A stretch of 64,000 nt of DNA from the NCBI GenBank assembly GCA_963674705.1, contig OY771506.1:4480001-4544000 (forward strand), in the 5' to 3' direction. The position numbers and the translations under genes were made by a program. Numbering within the stretch: position 1 is the first letter of the stretch; each line of letters opens with the position of its first letter. Below the pieces are notes generated by a model, which saw only the letters and a list, made by a program, of their open reading frames with translations, did not search any database and had not been told where the DNA came from. Positions 29,567-36,886 of the stretch are shown here, one piece after another. Source of the stretch: Phycisphaeraceae bacterium (GTDB lineage Bacteria > Planctomycetota > Phycisphaerae > Phycisphaerales > Phycisphaeraceae).

Positions 29567-29727
29567 AGTAATTCATACTGCTCGGATTCGGGCGTGGAGA
29601 GGAGAAGCATATCTCAGCTATCGCTGAAGTTATTTTTCTCATCTCACAACCAAATCCGGGACAGTGTTGATGACATACTGCAACTTCGCGGTCTTACTAT
29701 TCAGGTCTGTTTTAAGGAGAGAGAAAG

Positions 29728-30777
29728 ATGAACTTGTCAAAGGGTCAAGTCGGCTTGGGCATGCTTGTTTGCGCAGCCGCAATTGCACTTCCAACCAGCG
29801 CAAACGCCGCTGCTTATGTGCAAGTCAAAACGCAAGCTGAGTTGAACAATGGTTCGGGCCTACCCTATCAACGCGCGATCGCTACTTACGATGACATCAT
29901 CTACACGGTGAATGCCAGCAGCTCCGACTTTGCGATCGTTAAGATCGATGGCGGCACAATCACCACCATCGCGACGATGGCTTCCACACTCGCCGACCTC
30001 GGCGCTGCTTACAACCCTGACGATCCGTTCCCCGGCAACGGTTTGGAAATCGTCGACAGCGGCGCAGCGGTTCAGATGATCGACACACGCAACGACGAAG
30101 TGTATCGCTTCGACACCACCACCGGCACGGCCAGCATCTATGTAAGCCAAGCTGACATCGTCGCGGAAACCGGACTGGCTTCGGCCGCGCTCGCGAACTA
30201 CAGCGGCACGACCAACACCGGCATCCCCGTGTTCTACGATACGACAAGCGACAACCTGCTGATCGCCCCCTCCGCCGGCGTGGTTGACACATTGATCAGT
30301 GCTGTGGACATCGCTGCCGCCAACTGCGAGATGTCCAGCGGCATCACCGCAGACCCCAGCGGCAATCTCTACTGGGGCTCGAATGCCAGCGATGCGATCT
30401 GGAAGTTTGATGGCACGAACCTCACGATGATTGCGGACGTTGCCGACTTCGGTGCCGCTGCAAACAGCTTCAGCGGTGACATGATCTACGCACCGGACGG
30501 CCTGATTTACTTCCGTGCCGATCCCGACAACAACAACCGCGGTCTGTTCTCCATCGACCCCAGCGCGGTCGACCCGGGCAGCACGGTCACCGTGGTCCTG
30601 AGCGAAGCCGAACTCGACGCCGGCCCGATGGCCAGCAGCTTCACCTCCACGCTTTCGTGGTATGACGGCAAGCTTGGTTTCCACAAGATCTCCGACAGCG
30701 GCTACTACCTCGTCCCCGAACCGGCCTCCCTGGCCCTGCTCGGCCTCGGCGCCCTGGCGATGTTCCGTCGTCGCTAA
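29728..30777 (+). CDS. PEP-CTERM surface protein, probable beta-propeller
   Basis: Strong RBS (AAGGAG), signal peptide ending ANA, ITADPSGNLYW and MIYAPDGLIYF blade-like repeats, VPEPASLALLGLGALAMFRRR. Confidence 0.9.
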   Translation: MNLSKGQVGLGMLVCAAAIALPTSANAAAYVQVKTQAELNNGSGLPYQRAIATYDDIIYTVNASSSDFAIVKIDGGTITTIATMASTLADLGAAYNPDDPFPGNGLEIVDSGAAVQMIDTRNDEVYRFDTTTGTASIYVSQADIVAETGLASAALANYSGTTNTGIPVFYDTTSDNLLIAPSAGVVDTLISAVDIAAANCEMSSGITADPSGNLYWGSNASDAIWKFDGTNLTMIADVADFGAAANSFSGDMIYAPDGLIYFRADPDNNNRGLFSIDPSAVDPGSTVTVVLSEAELDAGPMASSFTSTLSWYDGKLGFHKISDSGYYLVPEPASLALLGLGALAMFRRR

Positions 30778-30829
30778 GTCAATGTCAGAAATATACTCGG
30801 TTCTATGAACCGTCATTAAACTGAATATG

Positions 30830-30861
30830 AAAAAGGCCGGCAATTGTTGCCGGTCTTTTTT
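30830..30861. terminator. Bidirectional intrinsic terminator
   Basis: AAAAAGGCCGGCAA-TTG-TTGCCGGTCTTTTTT, between convergent genes. Confidence 0.85.
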
Positions 30862-30890
30862 ATTGAGTGCACGCCCCTTACGGCATACAT

Positions 30891-30910
30891 AACGGGGTCT
30901 GACCCCGTTT
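30891..30910. repeat. RAYT-associated hairpin repeat, copy 1
   Basis: AACGGGG-TCTGA-CCCCGTTT, touching the RAYT stop codon. Confidence 0.9.
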
Positions 30911-31622
30911 TAGGGATTTGCCTTGGGCCGGCCGGGTCTACGGACGGTGGATTCGAGGCCGAAGGTTTGGATGGTGCGGTTCCGCCATTGATCATTGCCG
31001 AACGGTGAACAGCGGTTGGCGCTGGTGCGCAGTGCGTTCAGTTCGACTTCGCTGAGCGGGGTGTTGACGGTTCGTAGCCAGTTGCGGGGTCGGCCGCGCT
31101 GGGGCGATGTCAAACCACGGATGGGCCAATCGCTGAGTAGTTGCTGTTGATCAGTATCGCCAGACTTCCAACGCCATAATCCTGACCATCTCCACGCTGC
31201 CGCCGACTCCACCAATCCCGCACGCATCGCATTGCGTTCGACGTATCGGCAGACGGTCAGCAGATGTTCGTTGCTTTGGATCAGAAAGGATTTGAAGCGT
31301 CCCTGGTACAACGGCCCGTCTCCCACGCTCTTGTGTGCAACCCGGTAACGCCCGGCGTGGGTCGTGGTCAGCCACTGCATGAACGGGCCAAGCGCGCCGT
31401 CGGCCTCGGTCTTGAGGACCAGGTGCCAGTGGTTGCCCATCAGGCAGTAGGTCAGCAACCGGACAGCCCCGCCGCTTCGTTCGACCGCTTCAGCCAGGAC
31501 CTTTTCGAACGCTTCGAAGTCGCCATCCTTGCGAAACATCCGCCACCGCCCGGCCGTACGGCCGTACGGTTCAGGACATGGTAAGCATAGCCGCCGACAT
31601 CAACGCGTGGAGGTCTTGGCAT
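30910..31622 (-). mobile_element. REP-associated tyrosine transposase (RAYT, TnpA-Y1/HUH), frameshifted by an 8-bp tandem duplication
   Basis: HUH motif YCLMGNHWHLVL, LYQGRFKSF, catalytic Tyr in RYVERN, and WRWS. The true N-terminus MPRPPRVDVGGYAYHVLNRTA starts at 31622 in another frame. Removing one CGGCCGTA unit (31551-31566) restores a 705-nt ORF. Confidence 0.9.
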
Positions 31623-31656
31623 ACGTGTAGTTTAGGTCCGGTCGCCAAGCCCGTCA

Positions 31657-31695
31657 AAACGGGGTCTGACCCCGTTTCTTCCGCCGTTTCTTCCG
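31657..31695. repeat. RAYT-associated hairpin repeat, copy 2, with 12-bp junction duplication
   Basis: AAACGGGG-TCTGA-CCCCGTTT (31657-31677); CCGTTTCTTCCG occurs twice in tandem (31672-31695). Confidence 0.9.
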
Positions 31696-31919
31696 CGTTC
31701 CGTGGCAACCGGATCGACGTGGCTGCACGCGACGCGATCGTAAACGATCCGGTTCTTCAACCGCTATTCCACAGTCAACGGCTGCGGAGTTTCTACACGC
31801 GTGGTCCCGATTCCCGCGACACACTGACGGGGCGTTGGTGGGACATGACAACCCCCGGTCAGTGGAACGCACATGTAACCCGCTACGGGCCGGGCGGCAC
31901 GCTGCTACCCACGCGATGA
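31695..31919 (+). pseudogene. 5'-truncated polymorphic (Rhs-type) toxin C-terminal fragment, possibly a restriction-endonuclease-fold nuclease
   Basis: AFRGNRIDVAARDAIVNDPVLQ...RGPDSRDTLTGRWWDMTTPGQWNAHVTRYGPGGTLLPTR*. It has no start of its own, begins exactly at the hairpin junction, and carries a PD...D-x-T-T pattern. Confidence 0.6.
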
Positions 31920-31957
31920 CGATACGAACAGAGGTATAGTATTGCCGAGAGAAACCG

Positions 31958-32863
31958 ATGAACAAGAAGAAACTGCAAGAACGGTGGTCGGCACAAGACA
32001 TCAAGCGTGTGGCGTCGGCGCTGCGGTCTGGCGGGGAGATCGCCGAGTCGCTGAGCCCGTTCGGCCGACACGAGGAGAGGATCGACCTGCGTGGCTTCCC
32101 TATGCCAGCACCGGTGAGGATCGAAAATGCCACGCTTGTGGGCGTGGACCTCAGTGCTACGGAGCTGTCGCCGCTCTGGATGGAGCATTGCCAGTTGAAA
32201 AATGTCCTGTTCGATCATGCGAAACTGGACGGCTTCAGCGATCAGGGCAACCGGTTTGAATCCTGCCGGTTTTTGGGCACCTCGTTCGTGGGTGGGCGAT
32301 TGGGTTACCAGGGTTCGCAGTATCACGGATGCACTTTTGAGAAGTGTAAATTCACGACGGCGGGTGGAATTCGTGCGGAGTTTTATGGATGCCGTTTCAC
32401 CGACTGCAAGCTCAAGGGTGTAGACTTCGAGGCCTCGGCCTTTGAGGATTGCATCTTTGAGGGGAAGCTTGCCGACGTCTGGTTCCGTGGCGGGTACCCA
32501 TATGAGGGCTACGAACGCAAGTTCGGGACGCCTAAGACAAACCAGATGAAGAACGTCTCATTCGCCGGTGCTGAGTTGGAACTTGTCGCTTTCAGTAATG
32601 ACTGTGACCTGACTACGGTGGTCTTGCCGGAACAGGGCGAGTACAGGAAATATGACCGTTGGGCGAGGCGTTTGTTGCGACTGAAGGATGAAGCGAACGG
32701 TTGGGAGGAACCTGATCGAAAGGAAGGGCAGTTCTTCGTGCAGGTGACGATGCCTCATGCTCAGACGCAGGAGTGGATGATTGTCAATGTAGATGATGTG
32801 CGTAAACACATTGCCCCGCATGCGACGGAGCGGATCATCGAATCGCTGGACAAGCCGATTTGA
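31958..32863 (+). CDS. Pentapeptide-repeat protein, putative toxin immunity protein
   Basis: Repeats such as CTFEKCKFTT, AEFYGCRFTDCKLKGVDFEASAFEDCIFEG. It lies directly downstream of the toxin fragment, and its G/T-ending codon usage differs from host genes. Confidence 0.8.
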   Translation: MNKKKLQERWSAQDIKRVASALRSGGEIAESLSPFGRHEERIDLRGFPMPAPVRIENATLVGVDLSATELSPLWMEHCQLKNVLFDHAKLDGFSDQGNRFESCRFLGTSFVGGRLGYQGSQYHGCTFEKCKFTTAGGIRAEFYGCRFTDCKLKGVDFEASAFEDCIFEGKLADVWFRGGYPYEGYERKFGTPKTNQMKNVSFAGAELELVAFSNDCDLTTVVLPEQGEYRKYDRWARRLLRLKDEANGWEEPDRKEGQFFVQVTMPHAQTQEWMIVNVDDVRKHIAPHATERIIESLDKPI

Positions 32864-32900
32864 GGAAGAAACGAGGAAGAAACGGGGTCTGACCCTGTTT
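32862..32900. repeat. RAYT-associated hairpin repeat, copy 3, with 11-bp junction duplication
   Basis: GAGGAAGAAAC twice (32862-32883), running into AAACGGGG-TCTGA-CCCTGTTT (32880-32900). Confidence 0.9.
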
Positions 32901-32997
32901 TTCGGGTGGCTTGCTTAGGGAGAGCCGTGCCGAGCGCGGCGAGGTTTTATGTCGTCGCGGCTGGTGGCTGTGCGGGTTTGTGGTTGTTGATGTGAAG

Positions 32998-33043
32998 AGC
33001 GCGACCGATGGTCGCGGCTATACAGGTGGGTGTGAGTTCATTG
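32998..33043 (-). repeat. REP-like repeat family C, copy 1
   Basis: GCGCGACCGATGGTCGCGGCTATACA...GGTGGGTG.GA.TTCATTG; second copy at 34270-34318. Confidence 0.7.
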
Positions 33044-33159
33044 TAAAAGACAAAAACCCGGCCGGGATGGTCGGGCATTAGACGTGAAGCAAGAGCGCTA
33101 AGCCGTAAGCGGCTTGACGAGTTGGTCGTGTTTGCTTTGTGATTCGTTACTTAAGCAAC

Positions 33160-33206
33160 CCGGCCCTCACCCCGCCCCCCCCGGAAGTCTCCCGGGGGGA
33201 GAGGGA
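33160..33206 (-). repeat. Palindromic repeat family A, inverted copy
   Basis: CCGGCCCTCACCCCG...CCCCCCGG-AAGTCTC-CCGGGGGGAGAGGGA; its 5' part is near reverse-complementary to 28443-28458. Confidence 0.6.
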
Positions 33207-33361
33207 GGAAAGATAACGGGGAGGATTTGGTTGGTGCGGGCTTGTTGTAGGCGTAGGCGGGCGATGTCGATGGGTTGCCAGGTGCGCCAGACTTTGAAGG
33301 TTGGGGTGAAGCCGTAGACGCCGTTGCCGACTTTTTGGGTGGCGTTTTCTTTGAGGTACAA
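33167..33361 (-). pseudogene. Truncated coding fragment of unknown family, starting at hairpin copy 4
   Basis: YLKENATQKVGNGVYGFTPTFKVWRTWQPIDIARLRLQQARTNQ, with strongly C-ending host-like codons. It starts 5 nt from the hairpin, has no RBS, and runs out into repeat family A. Confidence 0.45.
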
Positions 33362-33366
33362 GAATG

Positions 33367-33387
33367 AAACGGGGTCTGACCCCGTTT
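33367..33387. repeat. RAYT-associated hairpin repeat, copy 4
   Basis: AAACGGGG-TCTGA-CCCCGTTT. Confidence 0.9.
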
Positions 33388-33427
33388 TTGGTTGTGCGGG
33401 AGGATTTGCCCGGCGTGTGGGTGGGGG

Positions 33428-34108
33428 TTAATCGAGAGCGGCTTCTGCACCGGCGGCCCAGAAGCCGGCGGAGAGGTCCAGGTAGATTTCGTTGACGCCG
33501 GGGCCGGAGGCGCCGTTGGTGAGGCGGCGTTCGGTGGTGCCGTAGTGGTAGTAGGTGGGTTCGCGGAAGAAGTTGCGGTTGTCGACGGGTGAGAAGTAGA
33601 CGTTGCTTGGAGCGGGATTGAGGTTCCAGTTGTCGGCGGCCCAGAAGCCGGGGTGCCTGTCGGTGGACATGTAATTCTCGAGGTCCTGCGTGAAGTCGTC
33701 GTTGTTGTTGACGCGATAGGTGTTGCCGTGGTCGTACTCGATCGCATCGAATTCATTCAAGGGGCAGATGTAGACTTCGCTTTCGGCGGGGAGGAGGTTG
33801 AGCTCATCGTAGAGCGCCTGGATGCCGAAGGTTTCGGGGCCGTTGCTGGCGGTAATTGGTGTGCTTTCACGGCCGGGCGCGACGCGGAAGCCTGCGCCAC
33901 CATAGGCTATGCGCGGGGGGACGGTTTGCTTGGGGTTTTCGGATTGGTAAGCGCTGCTTGCGATACCGATCTGCCGGAGGTTGTTCATGCACTGGACGTT
34001 CTTGGCGCTTTTGCGAGCGGCGCTGAGGGCGGGCAGGAGGATGCCGATCAGCAGTGCGATGATGCTGATGACTACAAGCAGTTCGATCAGGGTGAAGGCT
34101 CGTTTCAT
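33428..34108 (-). CDS. Prepilin-type N-terminal cleavage/methylation protein (paralog 1)
   Basis: [32 protein letters not shown] (start 34108), VYICP, and C-terminal YYH...[14 protein letters not shown]. Confidence 0.9.
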   Translation of the reverse strand: MKRAFTLIELLVVISIIALLIGILLPALSAARKSAKNVQCMNNLRQIGIASSAYQSENPKQTVPPRIAYGGAGFRVAPGRESTPITASNGPETFGIQALYDELNLLPAESEVYICPLNEFDAIEYDHGNTYRVNNNDDFTQDLENYMSTDRHPGFWAADNWNLNPAPSNVYFSPVDNRNFFREPTYYHYGTTERRLTNGASGPGVNEIYLDLSAGFWAAGAEAALD

Positions 34109-34269
34109 ATCTAAGCTAATAGTATGACCGGCCGGGGCAAGAGTATCAACCATAAAGTTGACGGGAGCAAGATGTTGCAATGGGTTATTATGAAAATCGG
34201 TTGTAGGGAAGGCCGGCCATTGCGTGGGCGGGTGGGCCGGCCCACAGATTGAATCTGTGGGCTTCGATG

Positions 34270-34318
34270 CGCGACCGATGGTTGCGGCTTTACACCGTTT
34301 GGGTGGGTGGGATTCATT
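34270..34318 (-). repeat. REP-like repeat family C, copy 2
   Basis: GCGCGACCGATGGTTGCGGCTTTACA...GGTGGGTGGGATTCATTG. Confidence 0.7.
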
Positions 34319-34324
34319 GAGCGT

Positions 34325-34353
34325 GTGGATTCCCGCGTGCGTGGGAATGACGG
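34325..34353 (-). repeat. Palindromic repeat family B, inverted copy
   Basis: The reverse complement reads CCGTCATTCCCACGCACGCGGGAATCCAC, matching 28823-28851. Confidence 0.75.
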
Positions 34354-34445
34354 ATATAAAATACAGAGGGTTTTAGCGCAGCTTGACCATCAGTTGGTGC
34401 TGATGGTCAAGGCGTGTTGTTTGTGATGGGGAATTGCCTGGTTGG

Positions 34446-35162
34446 CTAATTATTAGTAGTACTCTCGGCGCCGACGGCCCAGAAGCCGGCGGAGAGGTCG
34501 AGGTAGAGTTCGTTGACGCCGGGGCCGGAGGCGCCGTTGGTGTAACGGCGTTCGGTGGTGCCGGTGTGATAATACGTTTCTTCACGGAAGAAGTTTCGGT
34601 TGTTAGGCGTACCGGTGTATTGATCGCCGTTGCCCGAGGTCGGAGAGAAGTAGACGTTGCTGGGCGCTGGCCTGAGGTTCCAGTTGTCGGCGACCCAGAA
34701 GCCTGAGTGCTTGTCACTGGACATGTAGTTTTCGAGGTTTTGTGTGAACGGGTCGGATGCGTTGACGATGTAGGTATTGCCGTGGTTGTTTTCTTCGACA
34801 TCGAAGGTATTAAGCGGACAGATGTAGACCTCGCTGTTACCTGCGATTAATCCCAGTTCATCAAAGAGGGCTTGGAGCCCGAACGTTTCGGGGCCGTTAC
34901 CCGTTGTGACAGGGTCGCTTTCGAAATCCGGAGCGACACGGAAGTTCGCTCCGCCAAGCACGCGCCGCGAGGGCATGGTCTGCCTGGGGTTGTCGGCCTG
35001 GTAAGCGCCGCCGGCGACACCGAGTTGATGGAGGTTGCTCATGCACTTGACATTCATGGCGCTCTTGCGTGCTGCGCCGAGTGCGGGCAGCAGGATACCG
35101 ATCAGCAGCGCGATGATGCTGATGACCACGAGTAATTCGATCAGAGTGAAAGCTCGTCGCAT
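34446..35162 (-). CDS. Prepilin-type N-terminal cleavage/methylation protein (paralog 2)
   Basis: [32 protein letters not shown] (start 35162); shares long identical blocks with paralog 1. Confidence 0.9.
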   Translation of the reverse strand: MRRAFTLIELLVVISIIALLIGILLPALGAARKSAMNVKCMSNLHQLGVAGGAYQADNPRQTMPSRRVLGGANFRVAPDFESDPVTTGNGPETFGLQALFDELGLIAGNSEVYICPLNTFDVEENNHGNTYIVNASDPFTQNLENYMSSDKHSGFWVADNWNLRPAPSNVYFSPTSGNGDQYTGTPNNRNFFREETYYHTGTTERRYTNGASGPGVNELYLDLSAGFWAVGAESTTNN

Positions 35163-35240
35163 ATCAAACCCACTTGTATGGCATGGTAAGCCAAGTCGTT
35201 GAAAAAACACCGACGTAACAACGTTGCCGGTGATGTACTG

Positions 35241-36602
35241 TTAGCGTTTTCGGCCCAGCAGCGCGAGAGCGGCGATGCCGGCCAGGGCCAGCGTAGCCGG
35301 TTCGGGGACGACGGTCGCAGCCGGCGGGACGCCCTTATTCCAATTTTCCAGGACGATGTCCAGGTCATCGAGGCCGACGTAACCGTCGCCGGACGGATCG
35401 CCCAGCAACCAGTTGCCGGCTTCCACGTTGGTATTCCATGCGGTGAGGACGATATCGAGGTCGTCGAGTCCGACGAAGCCGTCGCCGTTGAGGTCGCCTG
35501 CGAGGCCGGGGGTTTCGTAGTAATAGATACCACCCCCGGACGGGCTTAACATCGTCCAGGTCAGCAGGTCGCCGATGGTAGCGAAGTCGTTGATATACTT
35601 GCTGCCCATATCACCGGCTTCCAGGTCAGGTTGGCTGAAGAGCAGTTCGAGCGTGCCGGAGGGGTCTTCGGGATCGAAGCGTAGGACCGAGCTGTTGCCT
35701 CGTTCGAAGGTATAGAACCAGCCGTCGGGGCCGAGGACCATATCATTGAAAGCGGCGTAATTGGCACCAAAGAACGGGTCGGTCTTGGATACGGCGACGA
35801 TTTCGGGTTGGGTCAGGGCTTTGCTGAAGGTGCTATCTTGGGCGTTCAGTTTGTAGATGCTGCCGCGGGAGACGTCGCCGGGGGCGGATGAAGCGCCGCT
35901 GATCGTCCAGTAAAGGTTGTCATCCCAATCGAAGGCGAGCGCGCCGCTGACGTAGCTGACGAGTGTCGTGTCACCGACAGCGGTCTGCAGCGTGGCTTTA
36001 TCGATGAAGACGGAAAGCGAGCCGGAGGTGTCGACCATGAAGATCTGGTCCGACTTGTCTTCGTAGAAGTACATGTTGCCTTGTGAGTCGAAAGTGCACT
36101 CTTCGCGGATCTGCAATTCAGTCAGGCCGGTGAGGGTCATGACATCGCTGGGAGAAACGACCGTGGACAACGCACCGGTGGTGGTATTGACACGGTAGAC
36201 AGAGTCGGTCGATTGATCGATCAGTTGGAGGCTGTCGCCGATGACCTTTGCGTGGGCGCCGGGGAGGATCAGGTCATTACCGGTGTAGCTCAACCACTGT
36301 GCGGCGTTGACGAGTGTGGTTTGCACCTGTGTGCCGCCGATATCGGTCACCTTTGTGATTTCTGTGTCGTAGGTTGCGGTGTGAGTGGTCTCGACATCGC
36401 GCATGACGAAGTATCCGGTGGAGCCGTCGAAGACATGCGTCGAAGCGTAGTTGAAGTTGGAAGCGGAACGGATATCGCTGATCGACAGCAAGGTGTCGTA
36501 GGTAGCGGCCTGGCTGGCGGCGGAGGCGGTCAGCAGGCAGCCGGCAGCGATCGCCAGAGAACGATATTGCATACCCCGGCACGGAAGAATCGTGGACAAC
36601 AT
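35241..36602 (-). CDS. PEP-CTERM surface protein (probable beta-propeller) with dockerin-like twin repeat
   Basis: RBS AGGAGG, signal peptide, FDSQGNMYF / FDWDDNLYW / LGPDGWFY blades, GDLNGDGFVGLDDLD-type repeat twice, VPEPATLALAG...RKR. Confidence 0.9.
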   Translation of the reverse strand: MLSTILPCRGMQYRSLAIAAGCLLTASAASQAATYDTLLSISDIRSASNFNYASTHVFDGSTGYFVMRDVETTHTATYDTEITKVTDIGGTQVQTTLVNAAQWLSYTGNDLILPGAHAKVIGDSLQLIDQSTDSVYRVNTTTGALSTVVSPSDVMTLTGLTELQIREECTFDSQGNMYFYEDKSDQIFMVDTSGSLSVFIDKATLQTAVGDTTLVSYVSGALAFDWDDNLYWTISGASSAPGDVSRGSIYKLNAQDSTFSKALTQPEIVAVSKTDPFFGANYAAFNDMVLGPDGWFYTFERGNSSVLRFDPEDPSGTLELLFSQPDLEAGDMGSKYINDFATIGDLLTWTMLSPSGGGIYYYETPGLAGDLNGDGFVGLDDLDIVLTAWNTNVEAGNWLLGDPSGDGYVGLDDLDIVLENWNKGVPPAATVVPEPATLALAGIAALALLGRKR

Positions 36603-36825
36603 AGAACATCCCTCCTAATAAGAAGAAGACCTAACACTATTAATAAAAGTGTACGTGCTAACGGTTCGATTGCCGCGCCAGATACCTGCTGTAGAGGTAA
36701 CCGTCCCGGCAAGCAACGAGCAATCGACGCACATCCCAACACTCACAATCATCATCGAACGCGCACAAGGCTCCGGGCCTCACGCACGTTTTAACAATAA
36801 ATTATCTAAACTCAGTATCAGTATC

Positions 36826-36854
36826 ATCTTACCTTAAATAATAGGATATGTCAA
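36826..36854 (-). promoter_or_regulatory. Sigma70 promoter for the 36602-33428 unit
   Basis: Minus strand TTGACA-17nt-TAAGAT in an AT-rich intergenic region. Confidence 0.7.
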
Positions 36855-36886
36855 TGCTTATAAAAAAAGACATGCTTGCTGGAGTG

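Noticed and set aside
31578..31694. N-terminal part of the 113-aa ORF 31578-31919 as a real toxin start
   Set aside because: It is antisense to the RAYT 5' end and runs through the hairpin and duplication (SDPVSSAVSSA). Only the part after 31695 looks like genuine coding sequence.
30891..33387. Four near-identical 21-bp palindromes read as a CRISPR array or integron attC sites
   Set aside because: Spacing is 0.5-1.2 kb and irregular. There are no cas genes or tyrosine integrase, and the repeats lack attC architecture. The adjacent enzyme is an HUH/Y1 RAYT.
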